A DNA stretch of 64,000 nucleotides, taken from assembly GCA_046482545.1 (NCBI GenBank), contig JAWOEX010000010.1:64001-128000 (forward strand), in the 5' to 3' direction. Every line of letters begins with the position of its first letter. Within the stretch, counting starts at the first letter, position 1. Source of the stretch: Candidatus Thorarchaeota archaeon (GTDB lineage Archaea; Asgardarchaeota; Thorarchaeia; Thorarchaeales; Thorarchaeaceae). Under the pieces are notes generated by a model that had not been told where the DNA came from, did not search any database, and saw only the letters and a program-made list of their open reading frames with translations. The position numbers were made by a program, and so were the translations under genes. Below, one piece after another: positions 1-10,572 of this stretch.

Positions 1-104
1 CCAAGAAGGGGAGATTCTGTGGGTCTGAACGGTGTTGAATTAAGATTCGTAGGAATCAAGATAAGAATTGACACAATCACTACTGCTAGGGCTATTCGCC
101 TCAT
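1..104 (-). CDS. 5' part of a secreted/membrane protein (runs off the window)
   Basis: ATG at 104 opens MRRIALAVVIVSILILIPTNLNSTPFRPTESPLL, a basic plus hydrophobic signal-peptide-like N-terminus. Confidence 0.55.
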   Translation of the reverse strand, partial: MRRIALAVVIVSILILIPTNLNSTPFRPTESPLL

Positions 105-106
105 AT

Positions 107-301
107 TTAATGACCTCCGAGTTCAACTGGGAAAGCGACCTTCATTTGGAAGGCTGAAGATTTACCATCATAATTCAGATTAGGCAAAGATAAATCAAGC
201 TTCTTTGAATGTACGTCCGGATCGTTATCTGAATTCGCCATTCTGAAATGTACAACAGCATAAAGTGAGCTCTTTTTATCTATAAAGGAGTTTTCCGTCA
301 C
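107..301 (-). CDS. small hypothetical protein
   Basis: 64-aa ORF with GGAGG upstream; abuts the next gene; no recognisable motif. Confidence 0.3.
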   Translation of the reverse strand: MTENSFIDKKSSLYAVVHFRMANSDNDPDVHSKKLDLSLPNLNYDGKSSAFQMKVAFPVELGGH

Positions 302-507
302 TACTCATATCCTCCGGGCAGACATCCCAAGTACCAAGCAATTGAAACGGACAGATTTCATCAAAGTATACTTCTTACTGTCCTTGCCTGATTGTCCCGT
401 AGTTAGGAAAGTGCATAATAAAGAATATCATCTAGAGTGTTTCGTTCCTTTGTCAAACCTTTCGTTTTTTCGATTCGCTTTTCCGACAAGTACCCAAATG
501 GTATACA

Positions 508-1230
508 CTAGGTGGTTTTCATGTCTTCAGTTACCTGATCCAAATAGTCACGATATCCAAAAAATCGATAATCAAGACGATCAACCAGTTCCTCAATTAG
601 ATTGTACGTCCGGTTACGCTCAGAATCCAGTGGGTGAACAGCAATTTGTAGGGGGCCACCTATTTCAGTTTCAACGATAATATCCTCTAGTGAAGGCTCC
701 TTTGTCTTTTCGCTTATTATAGTTTCAACAGTTGAATACGACATACTGGAAGAAAGGGAAAAGACTTGATTACCAACTGCATAGTACGCAAAGCCAAGAT
801 TAGAAAGGGCGGTTTTCAATCGTTTTGGAGCTACCCATCCAGGGGGAATAAAGCCGCTCGGTTTAACCCCGAAATTCTTTAGAATTGATTTCAAACCACT
901 TCTAAGTCGTGAAGCTGTCTGCTGTTTGTCGAGATTCTTGAATTCTTCAGGACGTCCAGTTTTTGTGGTGTAAGAGAAACCATGAAGAGAAATCTCTAGG
1001 TCAAGAGAAAGCAAGTAATCCACAAGCATTGGATGCCTATCAAAACGCATATTCCGCTTTCTTTCCAAGAATGGAGTCACAAGCAGAGTGAATCTATCAA
1101 TCCCAAGATCTCTCAACCTGTCATAAGACGCTACTATGGCATCCTCGTAAGCGGGACTAATCTCATGCAGACTTAGTAGGACTGTGTTGTCTTCAACGAG
1201 TTGCATAGAATTGCCTGCACGATTGGGCAT
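508..1230 (-). CDS. DUF2334 / polysaccharide deacetylase-family protein
   Basis: SLHEISP, EISLHG, GFIPPGW and IAVHP motifs of the NodB-like fold. Confidence 0.75.
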   Translation of the reverse strand: MPNRAGNSMQLVEDNTVLLSLHEISPAYEDAIVASYDRLRDLGIDRFTLLVTPFLERKRNMRFDRHPMLVDYLLSLDLEISLHGFSYTTKTGRPEEFKNLDKQQTASRLRSGLKSILKNFGVKPSGFIPPGWVAPKRLKTALSNLGFAYYAVGNQVFSLSSSMSYSTVETIISEKTKEPSLEDIIVETEIGGPLQIAVHPLDSERNRTYNLIEELVDRLDYRFFGYRDYLDQVTEDMKTT

Positions 1231-1294
1231 ACAGATGAAAGAGTTTTCCTTGGTTATCTAAGTTGTGTTGATTTGAAGAACTTAGTTGACCCGA

Positions 1295-1531
1295 TTACCG
1301 TCCTCTCCGCCACTGTTTGTAGGCCAGTTCAACGTCAGCATCGGTAATCGTTTTCCGATCTGCATGCTCTGTAAGGTCAACTGCCATCCTGGCCAGCTCT
1401 TCACCCACCTCTTCAAGAATCTTGGCGAGTTTCTCCGCACCTGTATCACTAACTCGTTCTGCTCCGGCTTTTCTAATCAGCCTGTCTACTGGCGCCACTG
1501 GCAGAATTCTATCTTTCCGTGATCTTGGCAT
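1295..1531 (-). CDS. archaeal nucleosomal histone (HMf-like) with short basic tails
   Basis: LPVAPVDRLIRKAGAERVS...HADRKTITDADVELA histone fold. Confidence 0.95.
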   Translation of the reverse strand: MPRSRKDRILPVAPVDRLIRKAGAERVSDTGAEKLAKILEEVGEELARMAVDLTEHADRKTITDADVELAYKQWRRGR

Positions 1532-1714
1532 AGTTTTTCATACTCCCTTTTGTATTGTCTGCTGGTTCTATAACACTTTTTCAGTGCATATCTCCCTTTA
1601 AAAGCGTTTATCTTACAATATAGACCAACTGAAGTTTCAAACAGGAAAATAAGATATTATTACGCAGGTTAGCAATGAAGACATAGATTAGTTCATACAA
1701 AGAAGATAGGAATT

Positions 1715-2908
1715 TCAAGGCGATCTCAGGTTCAATACCTTGGAATCTCTCACTTCATCTTTCAGTATTGTGAAGTCCAGAGTCGAATCAAATTCTTCTA
1801 TCGAATCGATGTGTGGTTTGATTATGGGATACTGGGGGGGAAGGGTACAGCAAGTCTGAGCCCGAGCAGCGGGTTCATAGGTACCGAGCTGGCGCGATAA
1901 CTCCTGAATAGTCTCCTTGTCTTCACCAATACAAGGCCGTAGAACGGGCAACTCACAAATTGCACTGTCGATAGCCCGGATGTTTCTGCTTGTTTGTGAT
2001 GCTTGCTCACCAAGTATGTCACCCGTCACTATAACATCCGCATTCTCCTCAAAGCCAATCATTTGGGCAATCCGAAGCATGTTTCTCTTGCAGTAGACGC
2101 AGATCATGCGTTCCGGGACTTTTTCTACGATTTGCTCCAAATCTCTTTCGCGTTGTACTATGTACATCTTGACTTCATAATCATAAATGTATTTTGACAG
2201 AATCTTAGCTTGTTCTATCGCGGCCTCACGACATGTTGAATTTGAGTACCCAGCATTGTCAAGATATAGGAACACCGGGATGCAACCGCGTCTCATAACT
2301 TTATACGCTGCGATGGGAGAATCAAGTCCCCCAGATATCGTGCAAATTGCCTTTCCTTGTGTTCCAGTTGGCATGCCTCCGAGACCTTCAATTGTTGAAG
2401 TGAAAATGTATGCAGTGTCGGGACGTACCTCTACATAAATTAGGTTTTCCGGATTATCCAAGTCCACCGAAACTGAGTCATCTCCAAAGCTCTGGAGAAC
2501 CAAATCGCCCAGTTGAATCTTGATATCCATACTCGTGAAATCATGCTCGCCTACCCTGTGAGCATCTATTGCAAACGATTGGTCTTCGTCGATAACAGAT
2601 TTGGCAACTTCCAAGCCGACATCGAGAATCAAATCTAAGTCTGTATTCACCACAACAACTGGAGAAGTAGACACAACGCCAAAGACCCCCGCTGAAGCAT
2701 TGGCCGCTTTGTCAGCTTCTTCTGTTTCTATGAAGATGCGTCCAAATTCGGTTCTTATCTGTTCAAACGAGATGCCTTGCTCTCTCAGTGCAGATCGAAG
2801 ATGTCGAACCAACATATTGACGAGACGGTGCCTTGTCTGGCGAGACTTTATGCCTATCTCGCCGTAGCGAACTAGAACCGCGGAGTATTCTATACTTAAT
2901 ATCAACAC
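1715..2908 (-). CDS. thiI: tRNA 4-thiouridine synthase ThiI
   Basis: VRYGEIGIKS, THUMP domain, SGGLDSP PP-loop, CxxC and GEQASQT. Confidence 0.92.
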   Translation of the reverse strand: MLILSIEYSAVLVRYGEIGIKSRQTRHRLVNMLVRHLRSALREQGISFEQIRTEFGRIFIETEEADKAANASAGVFGVVSTSPVVVVNTDLDLILDVGLEVAKSVIDEDQSFAIDAHRVGEHDFTSMDIKIQLGDLVLQSFGDDSVSVDLDNPENLIYVEVRPDTAYIFTSTIEGLGGMPTGTQGKAICTISGGLDSPIAAYKVMRRGCIPVFLYLDNAGYSNSTCREAAIEQAKILSKYIYDYEVKMYIVQRERDLEQIVEKVPERMICVYCKRNMLRIAQMIGFEENADVIVTGDILGEQASQTSRNIRAIDSAICELPVLRPCIGEDKETIQELSRQLGTYEPAARAQTCCTLPPQYPIIKPHIDSIEEFDSTLDFTILKDEVRDSKVLNLRSP

Positions 2909-3046
2909 CTTCTGAAACAGTTGAGATTCTATATAGATTGATTCGTTGCTGTAAATAAGTGCAGGCTATTGCGGCATAATCCCATCAAATATTCAGTATC
3001 TCATATAAGAGTGGGTTCTCGTTCCCATCATGGGTTCTATATTATC

Positions 3047-5092
3047 ATGGGCCAGAGGAAACCCGTACTTGGTATCGATGTGGGTGGCACCTTCACTGAT
3101 TTAGTGCTGACCGATACAGAGACAGGAAAGCATGCCATCCACAAGATTCCGACAACCCCTTCCGCTCAAGAAGAAGCTGTAATCCAGGGTATACGCCAAA
3201 TACTTGATGAGACCAGTACCGACCCTAAGAGTATAAGTCTGATAATTCACGGGACGACTGCAGCGACCAATGCTCTACTTGAGCGTAAAGGTGCTAAGGT
3301 TTCTCTGGTTACTACTAGGGGGCTGGAAGATGTCATTGAAATAGGACGACAGAACAGAGAAGAAATCTACAGTCTTGTAGCGAGCAGACCAAAACCTCTT
3401 GTCAATCAGGAAAGGAGAATTGGTGTCGCGGAGAGAATTAACGAATCAGGAGATATCCTGCGTCAATTAACTCCTGGAGAAATTGAACGGGTACGCACGA
3501 AGGTGAAAGAAACCGATCCAGAATCCGTAGCAATTTCTTTGCTGTTCTCGTTCCAGAATCCGATACACGAAGAAATGCTGCTCCGAGAACTCGGGAACTC
3601 CTCTGACTGGTACACAGTAGCCTCCCACAATGTGCTTAGAGAATTCAGAGAATTCGAACGCACTTCAACAACGGTACTCGAAGCATATCTCGGACCCGTA
3701 GTCATAGATTATCTGGAGAGGCTTCGTGAAGGTATCCACCAGCTTTGCCCTAACGCGTCCTTAGCAGTTATGCAATCCAACGGAGGAACAATGTTGAGCT
3801 CCGAAGCAAGGGGGCACTCTATCTGGCTCGCAATATCAGGATTAGCAGGCGGGGTGATAGGAGGGTGGGCTGCTGCTCAACACCACAATATCATGAGAGC
3901 CATCACAGTCGATATGGGTGGTACCAGCTGCGACGTGAGTGCAGTTGAGGATGGTATCATAGTGAAAGCAGATAACAAAGTGGCCGGATTTCCGCTAAGA
4001 GTTCCATCTGTCGATGTACAAACCATCGGAGCAGGCGGAGGCAGCATTGCATGGATTGATGAAGCCGGAGTTCTGCATGTCGGACCACAGAGCGCAGGGG
4101 CGGATCCTGGGCCAGCTGCCTACGGACAGGGTGGACGGGATGCGACCGTAACTGACGCCAATCTCCTTATTGGCAGACTCAATCCAGACTACTTCTTGGG
4201 TGGAGAAATAAAACTCGATGCGAGGAAGGCCAGACAGGCTATCGAAAATCTTGCAAACGAATTGGATCTTCCGCTCATGGATGCTGCTTGGGGGATAACA
4301 CGAATCTCAACAGCTAACATGGTGCAAGCTATTCGAGAAGTCACGGTGGAACGGGGCATAGATCCAAGGGATTTCGTCTTGGTTCCATTTGGCGGTGCTG
4401 GCCCAACACAAGCCGTCGACATAGCTGAGATGCTCCAAATCGATAACATACTTGTACCAAGATATCCAGGCATTACATCGGCGATGGGCCTCGTGCAAGC
4501 GAATCCAAGAGTAGACAGAATGAGGACTGTGTTGACGAAAGCCAAGAGCGAACATACCTCTTCCCTATGGGAAACGTTGAAGGACCTGACTACAGAGGTG
4601 ACAACCAGACTAAAGAAACAGGGTTCAAAGGAGGGGAATATTGCATTCAACTGGGCCGTTGATATGCGTTATGAGGGACAGTCCCATGAACTCACGATTC
4701 CAGTGGAGCCATACACAGACGGATTGCTAGATGAATCAACGCACCGCTTTGAAGAAAGACACGAACAGGAATTCGGCTACAGGATGCAGGATAAGACCAT
4801 CGAGTGGGTCACAGCAAGAGTCACCGGGATAGTAGAACATCCAATGAGTACAAGAGGAAAGCAGTTCCATTCAGGTGAATCAGAAGTGGTTGATCTTAGG
4901 GAGGTTACTCTGATGGATGGAAGCAGAGCCAAAGCAGACGTGTTTAGAAGGGAACTGCTTGGACAGGACACACTCATCAAAGGTCCTGCAATCATCGAGC
5001 AGGTAGATACTACAACATGGATTGGCAATGGATGGGAAGGGCAACAATCTGCTGAAGGGGCACTATGGATAAGGAGGTGTAATCATGATTGA
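3047..5092 (+). CDS. hydantoinase/5-oxoprolinase subunit A
   Basis: GIDVGGTFTD, HGTTAATNALLE, DMGGTSCD, GAGGGSIA; start placed at MGQRK. Confidence 0.92.
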   Translation: MGQRKPVLGIDVGGTFTDLVLTDTETGKHAIHKIPTTPSAQEEAVIQGIRQILDETSTDPKSISLIIHGTTAATNALLERKGAKVSLVTTRGLEDVIEIGRQNREEIYSLVASRPKPLVNQERRIGVAERINESGDILRQLTPGEIERVRTKVKETDPESVAISLLFSFQNPIHEEMLLRELGNSSDWYTVASHNVLREFREFERTSTTVLEAYLGPVVIDYLERLREGIHQLCPNASLAVMQSNGGTMLSSEARGHSIWLAISGLAGGVIGGWAAAQHHNIMRAITVDMGGTSCDVSAVEDGIIVKADNKVAGFPLRVPSVDVQTIGAGGGSIAWIDEAGVLHVGPQSAGADPGPAAYGQGGRDATVTDANLLIGRLNPDYFLGGEIKLDARKARQAIENLANELDLPLMDAAWGITRISTANMVQAIREVTVERGIDPRDFVLVPFGGAGPTQAVDIAEMLQIDNILVPRYPGITSAMGLVQANPRVDRMRTVLTKAKSEHTSSLWETLKDLTTEVTTRLKKQGSKEGNIAFNWAVDMRYEGQSHELTIPVEPYTDGLLDESTHRFEERHEQEFGYRMQDKTIEWVTARVTGIVEHPMSTRGKQFHSGESEVVDLREVTLMDGSRAKADVFRRELLGQDTLIKGPAIIEQVDTTTWIGNGWEGQQSAEGALWIRRCNHD

Positions 5093-6659
5093 AGACCCAA
5101 TCAGTTTCGAGGTAATCAAGAATGCGCTTGTATCATGTGCTCGTGAGATGAGCCAAGCACTTCGAAAAACAGCGTTCAGTCCCAACATAAAGGAACGACG
5201 AGATTGTAGCTGTGCACTTTTCGATTCTGAAGGAAGACTTGTTTCTCAGTCAAAAGATATACCGGTCCACTTAGGAGCAATGCCACTGTCTGTAAAGGCA
5301 TGCATTGATGATTTGGGTTCAGAGATGGCAGCAGGTTCCATGGCTTTAGTCAACGATCCATTCTCAGGCGGGTCGCATCTACCAGACTTGACACTGGTTG
5401 CCCCGGTCTATCATGACGAAAAGCGCGTTGCCTTTGTGGCAAATAGAGCCCATCATGCAGATGTGGGAGGAGAAAGCGCGGGCTCAATGCCAGGCATGTC
5501 GTCGACTATCGAAGAAGAAGGCATACTGATTGAGCCAAGAATCATAGTCGAAAACAACCAACTCAAGGAAGAAAGAATCTCGGATTTGCTTGAAGCTACA
5601 CGAACACCAGAAGAACGGCATGGTGACCTCTCAGCTCAGATTGCTGCAAATCGGGTAGGAATCATTCGTCTCAGTGGAGTTGCTGACCGACATGGCTGGC
5701 CCACGCTACTCAATTCATTCGATGATTTGCGAGATTACTCAGCCAAACGCATCCAGTCAGCGATGAAATTGTATGCAGGAGAGCAGGGGGAATTCTCAGA
5801 CGTACTGGATAGCGATGGGGCAGGTAACTGGTTCCTAGATATTAGTGTACATCTTTCCTTTCATGATAATCATGCCAGCATAGATTTCACGGGAACAGCA
5901 GACCAAGTGAAAGGTAACGTGAATTGTCCAGTAGCGTCTTCATTATCGGCGGTCTACTACGTCTTCATAACGCTATTTGGCCAAGGAATACCTGTGAACG
6001 AAGGGTGCTGGAGGGCTCTGGAAGTGAAAATCCCCGAAGGCTCGCTATTGAACCCCCGTTACCCGGCGGCTGTATCGGCAGGTAATGTTGAGACTACACA
6101 GCGAGTGGTGGATACAATTCTCGGAGCTATGGCCGAAATTGACCCCAATATTGTTCCTGCTGCGAGTCAAGGTACGATGAACAACTTGGCGATAGGGGGC
6201 GAACTCGCAAGTGGCGAAGGAATGTTCTCATTCTATGAAACTGTGGGCGGTGGAGCTGGCGCCGCAAAGGGAATTCATGGCACAGATGGTATCCATATTC
6301 ACATGACCAATACCCGGAACACACCAACAGAATCACTTGAGAGTTCGTACCCTTTGAGAGTTACAAAATACTCCATCAGGAAAGGTAGTGGTGGGGACGG
6401 AAAATGGCGGGGTGGGGATGGCATAGTACGCGAAATCGAAACTCTAGTTGATGGCTGCAGTATATCTATTCAGACTGAGAGAAGGCATAGCAAGCCATGG
6501 GGGTTAGCAGGTGGAAAGTCAGGATCTCGAGGACGAAATCTACTCTTCTATCAGGGTAAGGAGTATCAGCTACAGGCGAAATCTACTGTCATTGCTCCTA
6601 AAGGAACAAGAATACGCCTTGAAACTCCTGGCGGTGGGGGATGGGGGACCACCGAATAG
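5085..6659 (+). CDS. hydantoinase/5-oxoprolinase subunit B
   Basis: SPNIKERRDCSCA, IPVHLG, NDPFSGGSHLPD, HHADVGG, TPGGGGWG; overlaps subunit A. Confidence 0.93.
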   Translation: MIEDPISFEVIKNALVSCAREMSQALRKTAFSPNIKERRDCSCALFDSEGRLVSQSKDIPVHLGAMPLSVKACIDDLGSEMAAGSMALVNDPFSGGSHLPDLTLVAPVYHDEKRVAFVANRAHHADVGGESAGSMPGMSSTIEEEGILIEPRIIVENNQLKEERISDLLEATRTPEERHGDLSAQIAANRVGIIRLSGVADRHGWPTLLNSFDDLRDYSAKRIQSAMKLYAGEQGEFSDVLDSDGAGNWFLDISVHLSFHDNHASIDFTGTADQVKGNVNCPVASSLSAVYYVFITLFGQGIPVNEGCWRALEVKIPEGSLLNPRYPAAVSAGNVETTQRVVDTILGAMAEIDPNIVPAASQGTMNNLAIGGELASGEGMFSFYETVGGGAGAAKGIHGTDGIHIHMTNTRNTPTESLESSYPLRVTKYSIRKGSGGDGKWRGGDGIVREIETLVDGCSISIQTERRHSKPWGLAGGKSGSRGRNLLFYQGKEYQLQAKSTVIAPKGTRIRLETPGGGGWGTTE

Positions 6660-6665
6660 TCTTGA

Positions 6666-8396
6666 CTACTTATGTGCAAAAGCCAGCTTCACCGCATCGT
6701 TCATGTCATAAATCTTAGCGAAGCCAACTCGCTCGAATTGAAGAAACGTTCCTACATCCAAATCCGATATGCTTGGTTCTCCAACACCCCCCGTAATCTC
6801 TCCATCAATCATAGTCAATTCAATGGGGATATTGTTTCCTCTTGGAACCCAGTGGATAATCTGGCCTTCGCAATCAAGAATCTCTTCCACATCGAAACTC
6901 TCAAAGATTGCCGAAGGCTCAGAACACTTATTCATCCTGCAGTTTGCCAAATCCTTGAGCCTGAAGACCTCACCATCCGCAATCCGCTTGAAGTCATGAG
7001 TGGGAATCCCAATATCCAAGTGTTCGTTGTTCCGTGGCAACGGTATTTCTCGTTTCCCTCGAGCAGGGTAATCAGGGTGAATTGGCGCCTCAGCAAACTC
7101 GACATCACTAGGCAAACCCGTAACCGATATCCAAATTGGCGATTCTACAAAGAACGCTCGTGGGACATCTGAATCACGTAGTTTTCGATTCTCAGAATAG
7201 ACGGCTTTCATCGAGAAGTTGATATCAGACAGACTCAGTCCAAGGTCAAGCATGGCTTTTCTCAGCGCTTGCGGATGGATTCCACGATGTTCCAAGGATT
7301 GTAAGCTCCACGTACGCGGGTCATTCCAACCAGTATATTCACCCTTCAGGATCTTTCTTCTGGCTCTACTCTTGCTCAATGTGGCATCTTGAAATTTGAG
7401 ACGACCATAGTAAATCAGCTCAGGTTCTGCCCACCCGTAAATCCTCCAGAGGTGTTGTTCGATTTTGCCTTCCTTCACCAAGTCCTTTCCACGGATGATG
7501 TGGGAGATACCTAGTTCGTGATCATCGATGCCCCATGAATACTCCAGCATCGGCCATACTCGATAGCGATCCCCCACTCGTGGGTGTTCAGTTTCTGAGA
7601 TGCGGAGAATTACATGATCTCTCATAGCAGGATCGGGATCATCCATCCCTGTCTTGATACGAACAGCCGCTCCCTTTTCCGGGTAGGTTCCATCCAGCAT
7701 CTTTTCCCAGCGTGCCAGATTCTCCTCAACCGACAGGTCACGACATGGGCATGGCCTAGATAGAACCTTGTGTTCGTTCCTCCAGACCTCGGGATCGCAA
7801 TTACAAACGTATGCCTCTTGCTTCTTGATTAGGTCAACCGCGTACTCGTAGAAGATTTCTAGCCTATCAGATTTGTACACTGTTTCATCCCAAGCAACAC
7901 CCAGATATTCCAGACCTTCGGGTATCAAGTCGTAGGCCTCGGGTTCGACTACTTTCTTTTCAGACCCAATGGTATCGTCAAAAACAAGGATGAGCTTTCC
8001 ACCCAATCGTTTCACATAGTAATCATTTAGAATAACCATTCTTGCATTTCCTATGTGCAGCGTACCCGAGGGGAACGGTGCCAATCTCATGACGATGTCG
8101 TCCCATTTGTCCACATTCGGTAACTCGGGAGGCTCCTCTTCCTCGGGTTCTTCCTCATCTTCCTTAGCGAGCTCTGGAGCTATTTTCATCAGCTCAGCAC
8201 GCTGTGCCTCTAGGGATTCCTTCTCAATTTCCTCCACTAGGCGCTCGGTGATTTCCTTCACTTCTGCAGCACGAGAACGTAGGTCTTCTCTGGAACCAAG
8301 TAGAGCAGACATTACAGACTTCACGGATGGTTGACCTTCATACTTCACTGCGTTGTGCAGCACCATCTTGCGTATCTCTAGCTCAAGATCATCCAT
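6666..8396 (-). CDS. gltX: glutamate--tRNA ligase (archaeal type)
   Basis: RLAPFPSGTLHIGN (HIGH), HIIRGKDL, LSKS, FLQFERVGF; start placed at MDDLE. Confidence 0.95.
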   Translation of the reverse strand: MDDLELEIRKMVLHNAVKYEGQPSVKSVMSALLGSREDLRSRAAEVKEITERLVEEIEKESLEAQRAELMKIAPELAKEDEEEPEEEEPPELPNVDKWDDIVMRLAPFPSGTLHIGNARMVILNDYYVKRLGGKLILVFDDTIGSEKKVVEPEAYDLIPEGLEYLGVAWDETVYKSDRLEIFYEYAVDLIKKQEAYVCNCDPEVWRNEHKVLSRPCPCRDLSVEENLARWEKMLDGTYPEKGAAVRIKTGMDDPDPAMRDHVILRISETEHPRVGDRYRVWPMLEYSWGIDDHELGISHIIRGKDLVKEGKIEQHLWRIYGWAEPELIYYGRLKFQDATLSKSRARRKILKGEYTGWNDPRTWSLQSLEHRGIHPQALRKAMLDLGLSLSDINFSMKAVYSENRKLRDSDVPRAFFVESPIWISVTGLPSDVEFAEAPIHPDYPARGKREIPLPRNNEHLDIGIPTHDFKRIADGEVFRLKDLANCRMNKCSEPSAIFESFDVEEILDCEGQIIHWVPRGNNIPIELTMIDGEITGGVGEPSISDLDVGTFLQFERVGFAKIYDMNDAVKLAFAHK

Positions 8397-8461
8397 AATC
8401 ACCAGCACCACGTTCCCTTTCTTTGTCACTGCATATATGTTTCCGGTTATTGTCGGACGGT

Positions 8462-9250
8462 CTACGGTGAAGAGAAGGGAAGATTGACAAAGTATAGCGA
8501 GAAAAGAGCCAATGCAACCAGCACCAGCAAAGTAGCGTTACCTACAAGCTAATGCTTTGCTTTCGATTTACTCACCTTCAGCGGCCCCACAGGCTTGAGA
8601 CCAACAGGGGCTTCATCATATGGACTAACTACCCACCAAACGATTTCAAAAGGACTGGCATTGCTTGGATATATATCCAAGAAAGGGTGGTTAGCATATC
8701 CAAGTAAAAAGAGTGCCGTGATATATAGTACTCAACTTCATCTCCAATTCTGAATGTGTGTGCAGAAGCAACTTTCATGGCAACATTTAGGATAGTTGTG
8801 AGCGTAATCAAGAGGGGGAGAATGGCTGAATGGAATACTACATTGCGGTGCCGTGATATGCCAAGCAACGGAATATCAGAATCGGCGAGTTCTGCACCGA
8901 TAAGGGTAATCAACCCGCCAATAAGGGTCGAAATATTGCCGACGATAGGGATTCCGCTTCTCCACTGGTAGATTATTGACCCCCTAGTGACCCTATGCCG
9001 AATGTAACAAAAGCCAAAGCAGAAACGGCACCTAGGTTTCCAAATGTGCGAGTGCTGGTACCCCGATATGGCGCTTTATAGTAGAGTATAGGCACTGAAA
9101 CAACAGTAAGAACCAATCTACCGATAGCGTAATATGTAAGCAAGTCTGTAAGAAGGGCAAAGCTGGCTTGCCACACGCTGAAAGCATGGATTAGCGAATA
9201 GAGCGCAACAAATAGGAAAAAAGCAAATAGGATATGGAAAGCCGATTCAT
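8462..9250 (-). pseudogene. disrupted membrane-bound metal-dependent hydrolase (YdjM/DUF457-like)
   Basis: Hydrophobic reading frame broken across frames: MNRL/FHILFAFF..., ADSDIP...HRNVVFHS, GYANHPFLD; about three frameshifts plus an in-frame TAG. Confidence 0.65.
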
Positions 9251-9447
9251 AATTGGATCACCTTAGGAATAGGTCAAATCATTTCTTAGAAATATCCATT
9301 ATCTCTCTTTAACTTGAACGGATATCGACGGAGCATATTAAGCAATTCCATCGTCAAAAGCATTCGATTAGAACTGATGAGCTGAACAATGCTGAAACCT
9401 TTTGCAACATCAGGGTTAAACATTTATGTCGAAAACGCAATCGCGTC

Positions 9448-10572
9448 TTGGAGCTTCAAATGCCTGAAGGAGTCTTTGTCGTCCGCTTGGACAAGATGAG
9501 CGGCTTTCTTGTAGAAAAGAAATACCCTTCATCATTGAGATTGAATGAAAAGCTTCTGAATCTCATCTATTATGAACATGAAACAGGAAAGAGGGAACAG
9601 ATGAAATTTTTCGAATCGGAGGGTAAGAGGTTTGGTTCGTTCACTCACACATCCCACCCAGCATATTTTGTTTGTTTTGTGCTTAATCCAGAAGAGAAAC
9701 CCGAGATAATTCGGGATCAATTCATCGGTATGGGGAGATTAATTATCCAACTTGCTATAGAATCTCCAGACAAACTGTACTTGGGACAGATACTAGAAAA
9801 GGGCAGCGTGTTACCGAAGCGATCCGATGAACAGATTTTCACGGATATATTTACAACTCCCTCTACAGCACTGCTACTTGAAAGACTGGAAAAGGAAGGA
9901 CTGGAAAAGGCGGCCGCACTTTCACTGTGGTTAAAGAATCAGATAAGAAGTGAAGATATGGATTTGCGTGAGACTGTCAAACCCCTCATGAAATCAGGGG
10001 CGGTAGAAGTTAAGATGGTTGGAAAGGCTTCCGAAATGGTCTTTCTCATCAAAGATGTATTCGCTCACAGGGCGCCTCCGGTTAAAGCACTACTACATGT
10101 AGAAAAACAAGAAAAGGAAATCGCGCAGAAATATAGGGAAGAAATCAAGAAATTCTTCTCGCCTGCTGGAGAGGGGGGTTATAACCCTACAATACCCGTG
10201 GAAGACCCGAATTCACCCCTTCTAGAGGATAGACAGAAGATTGCGGAAATAATGTCAGATATTTTTCATTACAGGATAATTGAGGCGCTCAGACAAAAAC
10301 CGCTTACTGCGGCGGAAATAGCTGATGAAACTGCTCTTCCAGACCAAATTGTCGAGGATTCATTATGGACGTTACACGATAATCACATAGCAATTAATAT
10401 TGGAGAAAACATTACGTGGGTACTGCTTTCAGATCCAAGGATTGATTGTTTCCTGCCGGAATTCGTGCTTCCTATTGTAGCAAATAAGGTTAGAAACAAG
10501 AAAGTACAAAGAAGAGCTGCACAGGAGTATCTGAAATCATTGATGCAGAGCTGGAAAGGTGAATGTATTTGA
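9448..10572 (+). CDS. uDENN/longin-like N-terminal domain protein with C-terminal winged-helix domain(s)
   Basis: N-terminus GVFVVRLDKMSGFLVEKKYP resembles the uDENN/NPRL2 first strand; RIIEALRQKPLTAAEIADET wHTH. Confidence 0.55.
   Translation: MELQMPEGVFVVRLDKMSGFLVEKKYPSSLRLNEKLLNLIYYEHETGKREQMKFFESEGKRFGSFTHTSHPAYFVCFVLNPEEKPEIIRDQFIGMGRLIIQLAIESPDKLYLGQILEKGSVLPKRSDEQIFTDIFTTPSTALLLERLEKEGLEKAAALSLWLKNQIRSEDMDLRETVKPLMKSGAVEVKMVGKASEMVFLIKDVFAHRAPPVKALLHVEKQEKEIAQKYREEIKKFFSPAGEGGYNPTIPVEDPNSPLLEDRQKIAEIMSDIFHYRIIEALRQKPLTAAEIADETALPDQIVEDSLWTLHDNHIAINIGENITWVLLSDPRIDCFLPEFVLPIVANKVRNKKVQRRAAQEYLKSLMQSWKGECI

Noticed and set aside
8310-8319. Match of the E2 flank to gltX (CATTACAGAC)
   Set aside because: Only 10 nt; expected by chance
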